64,000 nucleotides of DNA from an uncultured Clostridia bacterium. GTDB taxonomy: Bacteria > Bacillota > Clostridia > Christensenellales > DTU072. The stretch covers positions 4,222 to 68,221 of the forward strand of contig CALVNM010000001.1 of assembly GCA_944349735.1 (NCBI GenBank). Reading direction: 5' to 3'. Positions 55,442 to 64,000 of the stretch are shown here, in pieces (the stretch's first letter is position 1; every line of letters starts with the position of its first letter). Below the pieces are notes generated by a model. The model ran no database searches. It was not told the DNA's origin and saw nothing but the letters and a program-made list of their open reading frames with translations. The translations under genes were made by a program, and so were the position numbers.

Positions 55442-57373
55442 ATGATCATCACATTAGCTGAAGGCAAAAAAGAATTTCCCGCGGGTTCTACTCCCGCAGA
55501 CATAGCTCGCTCGATTTCCGACGGGCTTTTCCGCTCCTCGTACGTGGCGAAAGTAAACGGCGAAGTAGTGGGCATGTACACGCCGATCGACGATGACGCT
55601 ACCGTCGAATTTCTCGGCTTCGATACCGAGGAAGGCAGGAAGGCATACCGTCACAGTTGCTCGCATATACTTGCGCAGGCGGTCAAGAGGATATATCCCA
55701 CGGCGCGCGTTGCGATAGGACCCGCGATTGCCAACGGATATTATTACGATTTCGATTTCGTGACGCCCATCAATATGGAATCGCTTAAAGAGATCGAAGC
55801 GGAGATGAAGAAGATAATCAAAGAAAATCTCCCCATCGTCCGCGAAGAAGTAAGCAGAGATAAAGCGCTCGCATATTTCCGCGAGCAGGGCGAGCCTTAC
55901 AAAGTGGAACTTATCACCGATCTTCCCGAGGACGCCAAGATCACGATGTACCGTCAGGGCGATTTCGTCGATCTCTGCGCGGGACCGCACGTTCCTAACA
56001 CTGGCTGCGTCAAAGCGTTCAAACTCACTTCGATCGCCGGAGCTTACTGGCGCGGAGACGAGCATAATAAGGTGCTTACGCGTATCTACGGTACCGCGTT
56101 CAACTCCAAAGCGGCTCTCGAGGAATACCTTGCCGCCGTCGAAGAAGCCAAATCGCGCGACCATAACAAGATAGGCAGGGAAATGGGTATATTCATGACC
56201 GACGAGAATATCGGTCAGGGACTGCCGCTCCTTATGCCCAAAGGCGCGAAACTGTATCAGATACTTACCCGTTTCGTGGAAGACGAGGAAGAGCGCCGCG
56301 GATACGTGCGTACCAAGACGCCTTATATGGCGAAAAGCGCGCTTTACAAAATAAGCGGACACTGGGATCATTACCGCGACGGCATGTTCGTGATAGATAA
56401 CGAAAACGAGAACGAAGTCATGGCTTTGAGGCCGATGACATGTCCTTTCCAATATACCATATATAATAACGGACTCAAGTCTTACAGAGATCTCCCGATA
56501 AGGTACGGCGAAACTTCCACGCTTTTCCGTAACGAGGACTCCGGCGAGATGCACGGACTTATAAGAGTGCGCCAGTTCACGATAAGCGAAGGTCACATAA
56601 TATGTACGCCTTCCCAGCTCGAAGGAGAATTCAAAGCGGCTCTCGATCTCGCGCGCTACATGCTTAAATGCGTGGGTATCGAGGAAGACGTCACTTATCG
56701 CTTCTCGAAGTGGGATCCCAAGGACGTGGATAAGTATATCAACGATCCCGAGAAATGGGAAAAAGCCGAAGCCGAGATGCAGAAGATACTCGATCACCTC
56801 GGATTGAAATATACCGTAGGTATCGGCGAAGCGGCTTTCTACGGACCCAAGCTCGACATTCAGATCAAGAACGTTTACGGCAAGGAAGATACGCTCATAA
56901 CCTTGCAGGTGGACATGTTCCTTGCCGAGAATTTCGACATGACTTACGTGGACGAGAACGGAGACAAAGTACGTCCGTATATAATACACCGTACTTCCAT
57001 AGGTTGCTACGAACGCACGATGGCGCTCGTCATAGAGAAGTTCAAGGGCGCATTCCCGGTATGGATGGCGCCGGAACAGGTGCGTGTGCTGAGTCTTACC
57101 GACAGGACCGCAGAGGACGCGAAAGCTCTCGCGGAGAAGATGCGTTACGACGGATTGAGAGCGCAGGCGGACGTGCGTAACGAAAAGATCGGATATAAGA
57201 TCCGCGAAGCTCAGATGGACAAGATACCGTACATGATCATTCTCGGAGACAAGGAGAAAGAGTCCGGAGTGCTTGCCGTACGTTCGAGAAAGTCGGGCGA
57301 TCTCGGAACGATGAGTTACGAGGATTTCACTGCCAAAGTTCTCAAGGAAGACAAGGACAAAGTAATAGACTGA
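55442..57373 (+). CDS. thrS: Threonine--tRNA ligase
   Basis: TGS N-terminus, editing domain HSCSHILA, class II motifs (FRNEDSGEMHGLIRVRQFT, GFGLDR-equivalent region), and a C-terminal anticodon-binding domain. 643 aa. Confidence 0.96.
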   Translation: MIITLAEGKKEFPAGSTPADIARSISDGLFRSSYVAKVNGEVVGMYTPIDDDATVEFLGFDTEEGRKAYRHSCSHILAQAVKRIYPTARVAIGPAIANGYYYDFDFVTPINMESLKEIEAEMKKIIKENLPIVREEVSRDKALAYFREQGEPYKVELITDLPEDAKITMYRQGDFVDLCAGPHVPNTGCVKAFKLTSIAGAYWRGDEHNKVLTRIYGTAFNSKAALEEYLAAVEEAKSRDHNKIGREMGIFMTDENIGQGLPLLMPKGAKLYQILTRFVEDEEERRGYVRTKTPYMAKSALYKISGHWDHYRDGMFVIDNENENEVMALRPMTCPFQYTIYNNGLKSYRDLPIRYGETSTLFRNEDSGEMHGLIRVRQFTISEGHIICTPSQLEGEFKAALDLARYMLKCVGIEEDVTYRFSKWDPKDVDKYINDPEKWEKAEAEMQKILDHLGLKYTVGIGEAAFYGPKLDIQIKNVYGKEDTLITLQVDMFLAENFDMTYVDENGDKVRPYIIHRTSIGCYERTMALVIEKFKGAFPVWMAPEQVRVLSLTDRTAEDAKALAEKMRYDGLRAQADVRNEKIGYKIREAQMDKIPYMIILGDKEKESGVLAVRSRKSGDLGTMSYEDFTAKVLKEDKDKVID

Positions 57374-57435
57374 CGCCTTCGGGCGCGTAAATCCGCCGCG
57401 CGGTCGAATATTCGTCGGAAATGTGGCGAAAATAT

Positions 57436-57464
57436 TTGACATCGCGGCGTGATTATATTAGAAT
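57436..57464 (+). promoter_or_regulatory. Sigma-A promoter of the infC-rpmI-rplT operon
   Basis: TTGACA (57436-57441), a 17 nt spacer, then TAGAAT (57459-57464). Confidence 0.65.
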
Positions 57465-57601
57465 ATCCGAGTAAAGAAGAAGCGATTCTCACCGTAAGCG
57501 CATGCAAAACGGTCCAAACCCGATTAACGATCCGTATGCCCCTTAATGTGCGGTATGCGGCTTGAGGTGAGATGTGTTTCTTAGGAAACACATTCTTTTT
57601 T
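57465..57601 (+). promoter_or_regulatory. Ribosomal protein L20 leader-like attenuator upstream of infC
   Basis: An untranslated leader of about 190 nt runs between the promoter and infC. It ends in an intrinsic terminator: ATGTGTTTC (57572-57580), loop TTAG, GAAACACAT (57585-57593), then TCTTTTTT. Position and architecture match the Firmicute L20 leader (Rfam L20_leader). No covariance model was run. Confidence 0.55.
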
Positions 57602-57657
57602 ACCCCGATCCCGATAAACTGCCGCCTTTTAAGGCGTAAAACAAGGAGGATACTTTT

Positions 57658-58173
57658 ATTTTCAGAGAATTACTCACCAATTCGAGCATCCGGGTTCCGG
57701 AAGTAAGGTTGATCGACGCAGACGGTTCGATGGTAGGTATAGTACCTACTCAGCAAGCCCAGCGTATGGCGGAAGAAAGAAATCTCGATCTCGTTCTTTT
57801 CTCCCCCAACGCGGTCCCGCCGGTATGTAAGATACTTAATTACAGCAAATACCGTTTCGATCAGATCAAGAAGGACAAAGAGGACAAGAAAAAGAGCAGC
57901 GTTCTCAAGATCAAAGAAGTACAACTTTCCCAGACGATCGACGTGGGCGACATCAAGATCAAAGCCAAGCGTACGGTCGAGTTTATCGGAGAGGGTTGCA
58001 AGGTAAAAGTCGTTATAAGAATGAAAGGGCGCCAGAACGCGCACCCCGACATTTCGATGGGCGTTATGGCGCGCTTCTTCGAGATGGTCTCGGACGTGGC
58101 GGTCAAAGAGAAAGAGCCTGTACTCGAGGGTAAGAGCATCACAATGATACTCGCCCCCATAACAAAAAAATAA
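57658..58173 (+). CDS. infC: Translation initiation factor IF-3, ATT (AUU) start codon
   Basis: The track ORF starts at TTG 57709, but the frame is open back to the stop at 57637. ATT at 57658 lies 7 nt after AAGGAGGA (57643-57650). It gives IFRELLTNSSIRVPEVRLIDADGSMVGIV..., the conserved IF3 N-terminus (171 aa). Confidence 0.85.
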   Translation: MFRELLTNSSIRVPEVRLIDADGSMVGIVPTQQAQRMAEERNLDLVLFSPNAVPPVCKILNYSKYRFDQIKKDKEDKKKSSVLKIKEVQLSQTIDVGDIKIKAKRTVEFIGEGCKVKVVIRMKGRQNAHPDISMGVMARFFEMVSDVAVKEKEPVLEGKSITMILAPITKK

Positions 58174-58194
58174 TTACTCACAAGGAGAGGAACT

Positions 58195-58395
58195 ATGCCT
58201 AAACAGAAAACTCATAGTGCAAGTAAGAAACGCTTCAGATTCACCGCGAGCGGACTTCTGAAGAGAAACAAACAGAACAAGAACCACATTCTCAATAAGA
58301 AGACCCGTAAGAGAAAGAGAAATCTCCGTCAGGGCGCCTACATCAACGAAACGCAGGCGAAAACCATCGGCAATATGATTTACGGTCAAAAGTAG
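58195..58395 (+). CDS. rpmI: 50S ribosomal protein L35
   Basis: MPKQKTHSASKKRFRFTASGLLKRNKQNKNHIL. Confidence 0.95.
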   Translation: MPKQKTHSASKKRFRFTASGLLKRNKQNKNHILNKKTRKRKRNLRQGAYINETQAKTIGNMIYGQK

Positions 58396-58408
58396 GAGGT
58401 AGACGGTC

Positions 58409-58765
58409 ATGAGAATCAAGAGAGCAGTAACCGCACAGAAGAAAAAAAGAAAGATAATGAGGCAGGCGAAGGGTTACTTCGGCGCCAAGAGCAAGCTTTA
58501 CAGAGTAGCGCGTCAGGCGGTCATGAAATCCGGACAGTATGCCTACGTAGGCAGACGTCTCAAGAAGAGAGATTTCCGCAGACTGTGGATAGCGCGTATC
58601 AACGCCGCGGCGAGAATGAACGACCTTTCCTATTCGAGACTCATGCACGGCTTGAAAGTTGCCGGTATCGACCTTAACCGTAAGGTGCTCGCCGACATAG
58701 CCGTCAACGACAGCGCAGCGTTCACCGCGCTTTGCGAGAAAGCGAAAGCCGCCGTCAACGCGTAA
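58409..58765 (+). CDS. rplT: 50S ribosomal protein L20
   Basis: [41 protein letters not shown]... Confidence 0.96.
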   Translation: MRIKRAVTAQKKKRKIMRQAKGYFGAKSKLYRVARQAVMKSGQYAYVGRRLKKRDFRRLWIARINAAARMNDLSYSRLMHGLKVAGIDLNRKVLADIAVNDSAAFTALCEKAKAAVNA

Positions 58766-58770
58766 CGCAT

Positions 58771-58797
58771 AAGCCTTCAACCACGTTGAAGGCTTTT
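58771..58797 (+). terminator. Candidate terminator after rplT
   Basis: AAGCCTTCAAC (58771-58781), loop CAC, GTTGAAGGCTT (58785-58795), followed by TTAT. The U-tract is short, and the next gene starts at 58798, so the hairpin may be only partially terminating. Confidence 0.5.
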
Positions 58798-59577
58798 ATG
58801 AATATGAACGTAATAACATCCTCTCAGAACGGCAAGATCAAACTATTGCGTAGCTTGAGCAACAAAAAATCGTCGCTCGAGAACTCGCTGTTTCTGATAG
58901 AGGGCGTAAATATACTCAAAGACGCCCCGAGAGGATATATAGACGAAGTTTTCGTCAGAGAATCCGACGCGGCGAAGCACGCAGAACTTTGTTCGCGGCT
59001 TACGGACAAGGCCTATGCGGTCGCGGACGAGGTATTCGACAAGGTGACGGCTACAGTCGCCAGCGCGGGGATCATAGCTACCGCGCGTATACCGGAGCCG
59101 CGTCCCGTAACGGGCGACATTATAGCCGTGCTCGACGGCGTAAGCGATCCGGGCAATCTCGGTACGATCGTACGCACGGGCGTTGCGATGGGCATATCGG
59201 ATTTCATCTCGATCGATTGCGCATACGCCTATGCGCCTAAGGTCGTGAGAGCGACTATGGGGGGCGTGTATTACGCTAACGTAGTCGATTTTTCTTACGC
59301 GGGCGCACGCGGATTTTTATATAATGAAGGATACGCGACAGTAGCGCTCGATATGGGCGGAGAGAATATTTATACTTACTCTCCGCGTCGGGGCGGCAAG
59401 CTTGCCGTAGTTATAGGCAGCGAGGCGCACGGAATATCCGAGGAAATGCGCGGTATCGCGGACACGACGCTTGCCATACCTATGCGCGGCGAGCGGATAG
59501 AGAGTCTCAACGCCGCTGCGAGCGCGGCGATCGCGTTCTCAGTCTTGACGGAAAAACTTCACTCACAAGACAACTGA
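58798..59577 (+). CDS. TrmH/SpoU family RNA 2'-O-methyltransferase (RlmB/YsgA-like)
   Basis: ITSSQNGKIKLLRSL (substrate-binding N-terminal domain), SpoU motifs VLDGVSDPGNLGTIVRT, VIGSEAHGIS and IPM.G..ESLN. I prefer ATG 58798 over the track start at 58732, which would overlap rplT. Confidence 0.82.
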   Translation: MNMNVITSSQNGKIKLLRSLSNKKSSLENSLFLIEGVNILKDAPRGYIDEVFVRESDAAKHAELCSRLTDKAYAVADEVFDKVTATVASAGIIATARIPEPRPVTGDIIAVLDGVSDPGNLGTIVRTGVAMGISDFISIDCAYAYAPKVVRATMGGVYYANVVDFSYAGARGFLYNEGYATVALDMGGENIYTYSPRRGGKLAVVIGSEAHGISEEMRGIADTTLAIPMRGERIESLNAAASAAIAFSVLTEKLHSQDN

Positions 59578-59592
59578 TTCCGGAGGTTAAAT

Positions 59593-60327
59593 ATGTCAGG
59601 TCATTCCAAGTGGGCAAACATCAAAATAAAGAAAGGTAAGACCGACGCCGCGAGAGGCTCGATCTTCACGAAGATAGGAAGAGAAATCGCCGTGGCGGTC
59701 AAAGCGGGCGGCGCCGATCCCAACAGCAACTCCAAGCTCCGCGACGTCATAGCGAAAGCGAAGCAGAACAACATGCCCAACGATACGATAACCCGTTCCA
59801 TTAAGAAGGCGAGCGGCGAACTCAACGCCGTTAACTACGAAGCCATAACTTACGAGGGCTACGGCGCGGGCGGAGTAGCGGTCATCGTCGAGACGCTTAC
59901 CGATAACCGCAACCGTACCGCGGGCGATGTGAGACATCTTTTCGATAAGTACGGCGGCGCGCTCGGTCAGAACGGTTGCGTGTCTTTCATGTTCAACAAG
60001 AAAGGCGTAATAATTTCCGATAAAGCGATGGACGAAGACGAACTCATGATGGTTGCTCTCGACGCGGGCGCCGAGGACATAGTCGCCGACGAGGACGTAT
60101 TCGAGATATACACTCAGCCCTCCGATCTCTATACCGTTGCGGACAAACTGCGCGAAGCGGGAGTCAACGTGATGAGCGCCGAGGTCGACATGATCCCCGA
60201 CAACGAAGTCGATCCCAAAGAACACATACAGAGCGTGACCAAGCTTATCGACATGCTCGACGAGCTTGACGACGTACAGAACGTATATCATAACGCCATC
60301 CTTCCCGAAGAGGAAGAGGAGGAATAG
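59593..60327 (+). CDS. yebC: YebC/PmpR family DNA-binding transcriptional regulator
   Basis: [32 protein letters not shown]...YEGYG. 244 aa with an acidic tail. Confidence 0.93.
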   Translation: MSGHSKWANIKIKKGKTDAARGSIFTKIGREIAVAVKAGGADPNSNSKLRDVIAKAKQNNMPNDTITRSIKKASGELNAVNYEAITYEGYGAGGVAVIVETLTDNRNRTAGDVRHLFDKYGGALGQNGCVSFMFNKKGVIISDKAMDEDELMMVALDAGAEDIVADEDVFEIYTQPSDLYTVADKLREAGVNVMSAEVDMIPDNEVDPKEHIQSVTKLIDMLDELDDVQNVYHNAILPEEEEEE

Positions 60328-60330
60328 GAC

Positions 60331-61578
60331 ATGAGTTTCGTAACGGATATTTGCGAAAAGACCAAACTTGCCGCCAATAAATTTGCGGGAGCGGATACCG
60401 CTACGAAGAACGCCGCGTTGCTCAGGGCGAAAGAACTTTTGCTCGAGAAAGAGGACGACATACTCGCGGCTAACGCGGAAGACATCAAAAAGGCGGAAGA
60501 AGGCGGCAGAAACGCGGCTTTCATCGACAGACTCAGACTTACTCCGGCACGCATAAGGCAGATGTGCGACGGAATAGACGCGATAGTGGCATTGCCCGAT
60601 CCCGTAGGAGAGATCACCGAGCATTACACGCTTCCCAACGGGCTGGACGTAAAGAAAGTGCGCGCGCCTTTGGGCGTTATCGGCATCATATTCGAAGCGC
60701 GTCCCAACGTCGCGCTCGACGCGGGCGCGCTGTGCGTCAAAAGCGGTAACGGCGTCATACTTCGCGGCAGCCGCGACAGCGTCAAGAGCGTGGCGGCGAT
60801 AACCGCATGCATGAAACGCGCTCTCGAAGAAAACGGTATCGATCCCTGCGTGGTAGGGCTTATCGAGAGTATGGACAGAGAAGCTACGGCGGAGATGCTT
60901 CGCCAGGACAAATATATCGACGTGGTAATACCCCGCGGCGGCGAAGCGCTCAAGAAAGTGGTGCTCGAGAACGCCGCCATGCCCGTTATAGCTTCCGCAG
61001 GCGGCAACTGCCATACCTACGTCGCGCCGAGCGCGGATTTCGACATGGCGATGACGGTAATCCTCAACGCGAAGACCAATCGTCCTTCTACATGTAACGC
61101 GCTCGAAACGATACTTGCGGACAGGAAGATAGCGCGCGACTTTTTACCCGGTATGCTCGAGCTTCTCAAGAAGAACGGCGTAGAGATACGGGGCACGCGC
61201 GAGGTGAAAGAGATTTATCCCGACTGCATGGAAGTGGGCGAGGAAGAATTTACCCGCGAATACGACAACATGATCATCAAAGTGGCGATAGTGGACGGAC
61301 TTACCGAAGCTATCGATCATATCAACAAGTACGGTACCAATCACAGCGACGCCATAATCACCGAGGACAAAGAGGAGGCGGCGAGATTCGCGCGCGAAGT
61401 GGACTCGAGCGCGGTTTACGTCAACGCGTCCACCCGTTTCACCGACGGATTCGAACTAGGACTCGGCGCCGAGATGGGTATCAGTACGCAGAAACTGCAC
61501 GTCCGCGGACCGGTGGGGCTTAAAGAGCTTACCAGCGTCAAATACGTTGTGACCGGCAACGGACAGATACGCAAATAG
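60331..61578 (+). CDS. proA: Glutamate-5-semialdehyde dehydrogenase (gamma-glutamyl phosphate reductase)
   Basis: ILAANAEDIKKAEEGGRNAAFIDRLRLT, the catalytic Cys region (AGGNCHTY... / CNALETIL), HINKYGTNHSDAIIT, STRFTDG. Confidence 0.93.
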   Translation: MSFVTDICEKTKLAANKFAGADTATKNAALLRAKELLLEKEDDILAANAEDIKKAEEGGRNAAFIDRLRLTPARIRQMCDGIDAIVALPDPVGEITEHYTLPNGLDVKKVRAPLGVIGIIFEARPNVALDAGALCVKSGNGVILRGSRDSVKSVAAITACMKRALEENGIDPCVVGLIESMDREATAEMLRQDKYIDVVIPRGGEALKKVVLENAAMPVIASAGGNCHTYVAPSADFDMAMTVILNAKTNRPSTCNALETILADRKIARDFLPGMLELLKKNGVEIRGTREVKEIYPDCMEVGEEEFTREYDNMIIKVAIVDGLTEAIDHINKYGTNHSDAIITEDKEEAARFAREVDSSAVYVNASTRFTDGFELGLGAEMGISTQKLHVRGPVGLKELTSVKYVVTGNGQIRK

Positions 61579-61590
61579 GAGTCAGACAAT

Positions 61591-62556
61591 ATGAGAAAAA
61601 TAGCAGTTTTAACGAGCGGCGGCGACGCGCCCGGCATGAATGCGGCGATAAGGGGCGTCGTTCGTTGCGCCAACAGCCGCGGTATGGACGTTTACGGCAT
61701 CGAGAGAGGTTACGACGGACTTATCAAAGGCAATATTTTCCGTATGGATTCCCGCTCGGTATCCGATACGATACAGAAAGGCGGCACTATCCTCAAGACG
61801 GCGCGCTGTCCGGAATTTGCTACCGAAGAGGGTATCCGCAAAGGCGGCGACGTCCTCAACGCATACGGTATAGAAGGGCTTATCGTCATAGGCGGCGACG
61901 GTTCGTTCAGGGGTATGAAAGATCTTACCGATCTGTGCGGCATACGTTGTATGGGTATCCCCGGGACCATCGACAACGACCTCGGATATACCGATTTTAC
62001 GCTCGGGTTCGACACGGCGGTCAATACCGTGCTCGACGCGCTCAACAAGATACGCGACACGATGACGTCGCACGACCGCGCCTGTATAATCGAAGTTATG
62101 GGCAGACACTGCGGCGACATCGCGCTTTACGCGGGTATCGCGGGCGGCGCGGAAAGCATTATCGTTCCCGAACTTCCTTTCAATATCGACGACGTATGCG
62201 ACAAGATGAGGCGCAACGTCATCAAAGGTAAGGTTTCCGACATCATCGTGCTTGCAGAGGGCGTATGCAGCTGCGACGCGCTCAAAGCTCAGATACACGA
62301 CCGCACGGGGGTTACCATCCGCACTGTAAAGCTCGGCTACATACAGCGCGGCGGTACGCCTTCGATGGCGGACAGAGTGCTCGCGGCGCGTTGCGCCGAC
62401 AGAGCGGTGGAACTACTTTACAACGATTGCAAAGAGTCGAGAGTGATAGGCACCAAGGACAACAGAATTATCGATATGAATATCGACGAAGCCCTCGCCA
62501 TCAAAAAAGAATTCAACACGCAGATGATGGATATAGCCATGAGGCTTTCCTTCTGA
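61591..62556 (+). CDS. pfkA: ATP-dependent 6-phosphofructokinase
   Basis: MRKIAVLTSGGDAPGMNAAIRGVVR, IGGDGSF (Gly at the E. coli 104 position), GIPGTIDNDL (Gly at the 124-equivalent), MGRHCGD. Confidence 0.94.
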   Translation: MRKIAVLTSGGDAPGMNAAIRGVVRCANSRGMDVYGIERGYDGLIKGNIFRMDSRSVSDTIQKGGTILKTARCPEFATEEGIRKGGDVLNAYGIEGLIVIGGDGSFRGMKDLTDLCGIRCMGIPGTIDNDLGYTDFTLGFDTAVNTVLDALNKIRDTMTSHDRACIIEVMGRHCGDIALYAGIAGGAESIIVPELPFNIDDVCDKMRRNVIKGKVSDIIVLAEGVCSCDALKAQIHDRTGVTIRTVKLGYIQRGGTPSMADRVLAARCADRAVELLYNDCKESRVIGTKDNRIIDMNIDEALAIKKEFNTQMMDIAMRLSF

Positions 62557-62595
62557 TCGCATACACAAAAAACATTATACAAGGAGAAACGATTT

Positions 62596-63849
62596 ATGAA
62601 AGATTTAGTCGGCGCATGTATTTTCGGACAGTCCGGCGGACCTACTTCGGTCATCAACGCGTCTGCCGCGGGCGTTTTCATCGAAGCCCTCAAGCAAAAG
62701 AACATAACCGCTGTTTACGGTGCCGCGCACGGCATCAAAGGTATCCTCGACGAGGACTTTTACGACATCGGTCAAGAGGATATGGACGAACTTCTTCTCC
62801 TCAAGAATACCCCTTCGTCAAGCCTCGGTTCGGTGAGATACAAACTCAAAGACGCTTCCGTAGACGATACCGATTACAAGAGGATACTCGAGGTCTTCAA
62901 AAAATACAATATCCGTTATTTCTTCTATAACGGCGGCAACGACTCTATGGACACCTGCAACAAGGTCAGCAAATATCTTATGAAAGCCGGTTACGCCTGC
63001 AACGTTATCGGTGTTCCGAAGACCATCGACAACGACCTCTACGGCACCGATCACTGCCCCGGATACGGCAGCGCCGCAAAGTATGTGGCGACCACTCTCA
63101 TGGAGCTTAACCTCGATGCCAAAGTCTACGACAAGGGACAGGTTGCGGTAGTAGAAATCATGGGCAGAAACGCCGGTTGGCTTACCGCCGCCGCGGCTCT
63201 CGCCAATTATAAAGGACTCGGCGCGGATCTTATATATCTTCCCGAGGTCCCGTTCTCGGTCGATAAATTCCTTGCCGACGTCAAGAGAGTCATGGACGCC
63301 AACGGCGGCAAATGCATCGCCTGCGTATCCGAAGGTATCCGCGATAAGGACGGCACGTTCATCGTGGAATCCCTCTCGAGCGCTAAAGCGAAGGACAACT
63401 TCGGTCACACTCAGCTCGGCGGACTCGCCATACAGCTTGCAGACCTCATCAACCGCACTTACGGCGTAAAGGTGAGAGGCATAGAATTCAGCCTTATGCA
63501 GCGTTGCGGCGCGCACCTCGCGTCCGGTACGGACATCGAAGAAGCTTTCAACGCGGGCAGAAAAGCCGTTCAGGCGGCTTGCGCCGGCAAGACCGACAAA
63601 ATGGTGGTATTCGAGCGCGACATGTCGAGCGGCAAATACAAATGCAAATATAAACTCATTTCCGTGGAACTTGCCGCCAATACCGAGAAAAAAGTTCCTC
63701 TCGAATGGATAACCCCCGACGGCACCGGACTTACTCAGGACTATATCGATTACGCGCTCCCGCTCATTCAGGGATCGAGCAAATCTCCTCTCGAGGACGG
63801 TCTGCCCAAGTTCGCAAGCCTCAAGAAGGTCAAAGTCGAGAAGAAATAA
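62596..63849 (+). CDS. pfp: Diphosphate (PPi)-dependent phosphofructokinase, ~415 aa short type
   Basis: GQSGGPTSVINAS, NGGNDSMDT (Asp at the Gly104-equivalent), GVPKTIDNDL (Lys at the Gly124-equivalent), MGRNAGWL. Residue pattern and length match PPi-PFKs of anaerobic Clostridia. Confidence 0.8.
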   Translation: MKDLVGACIFGQSGGPTSVINASAAGVFIEALKQKNITAVYGAAHGIKGILDEDFYDIGQEDMDELLLLKNTPSSSLGSVRYKLKDASVDDTDYKRILEVFKKYNIRYFFYNGGNDSMDTCNKVSKYLMKAGYACNVIGVPKTIDNDLYGTDHCPGYGSAAKYVATTLMELNLDAKVYDKGQVAVVEIMGRNAGWLTAAAALANYKGLGADLIYLPEVPFSVDKFLADVKRVMDANGGKCIACVSEGIRDKDGTFIVESLSSAKAKDNFGHTQLGGLAIQLADLINRTYGVKVRGIEFSLMQRCGAHLASGTDIEEAFNAGRKAVQAACAGKTDKMVVFERDMSSGKYKCKYKLISVELAANTEKKVPLEWITPDGTGLTQDYIDYALPLIQGSSKSPLEDGLPKFASLKKVKVEKK

Positions 63850-63859
63850 CCTAACCCGA

Positions 63860-64000
63860 TGACCGTAAAAAAACTCACCCGTAAATCGGTAGCGATAATA
63901 TTGATAATCGTCGCGCTGCTCCTCGCGGGCGGCGCGGCGACGGGTGCGTGGTATTTTATTTCGCACCGCAAACTTCAGCCGCCCGCACCGCGGGTAGAGG
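63860..64000 (+). CDS. Hypothetical membrane-anchored protein, N-terminal fragment (runs off the right edge)
   Basis: Hand translation gives MTVKKLTRKSVAIILIIVALLLAGGAATGAWYFISHRKLQPPAPRVE, a basic N-terminus plus one TM helix. No clear SD. Truncated by the window end. Confidence 0.35.

Noticed and set aside
55454-57442. 662 aa minus-strand ORF
   Set aside because: Codon-register shadow of thrS with no motifs, and it extends into the thrS-infC spacer only by chance.
57316-57591. 91 aa minus-strand ORF in the thrS-infC spacer
   Set aside because: The region is better explained as the promoter plus L20-type leader of infC. The ORF has no SD and overlaps the thrS 3' end.
59596-61014. 472 aa minus-strand ORF spanning two plus-strand genes
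   Set aside because: It is a shadow of yebC and proA, which happen to share a reading frame. A real gene would not mirror two unrelated conserved genes.

Overview
This 64 kb window is chromosomal and mostly housekeeping. It appears to come from an endospore-forming Bacillota (Clostridia-like) genome of intermediate GC. I support about 58 protein-coding genes, several promoters and terminators, and one ribosomal-protein leader. I found no rRNA, tRNA, CRISPR array, IS element, integrase or phage genes by eye. Gene order matches classic Firmicute core clusters: (a) rnj; (b) galT -> dnaX-ybaB-recR, all on the minus strand, with galK-lgt divergent; (c) pncB, pepF, dnaB; (d) yqfC-yqfD-pgpH-ybeY::era-yqzL-recO; (e) ppdK, dgt-pcrA-ligA; (f) yicC-rpoZ-coaBC-priA-def-fmt-rsmB-rlmN-rsgA-rpe-spoVM, then rpmB (opposite strand), then asp23-yloV-recG; (g) murG; (h) thrS, L20 leader, infC-rpmI-rplT; (i) yebC-proA-pfkA-pfp. 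The only accessory-looking stretch is 2.3-8.5 kb, which holds a degenerate GT-B-like protein, two uncharacterised polytopic membrane proteins, and a membrane-anchored Cys-type sulfatase with its radical-SAM maturase. I did not find a convincing self-contained novel multi-gene system. The items most worth a second look are: a YbeY-Era fusion; a 27-codon SpoVM-like ORF below the ORF-track cutoff; the 5-TM-anchored formylglycine sulfatase/anSME pair with a GKWH->GKWN change; a protein with a sortase-type SPNTA sorting signal coupled to pepF; tandem ATP- and PPi-type phosphofructokinases together with PPDK; an RNase J with a long basic N-terminal extension; and a periodic GTGC(G)/AAAAT motif array upstream of the ppdK promoter. 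All protein calls rest on my own recognition of family motifs and synteny. No database search was run. The many long antisense ORFs in the track are codon-register shadows and are rejected.
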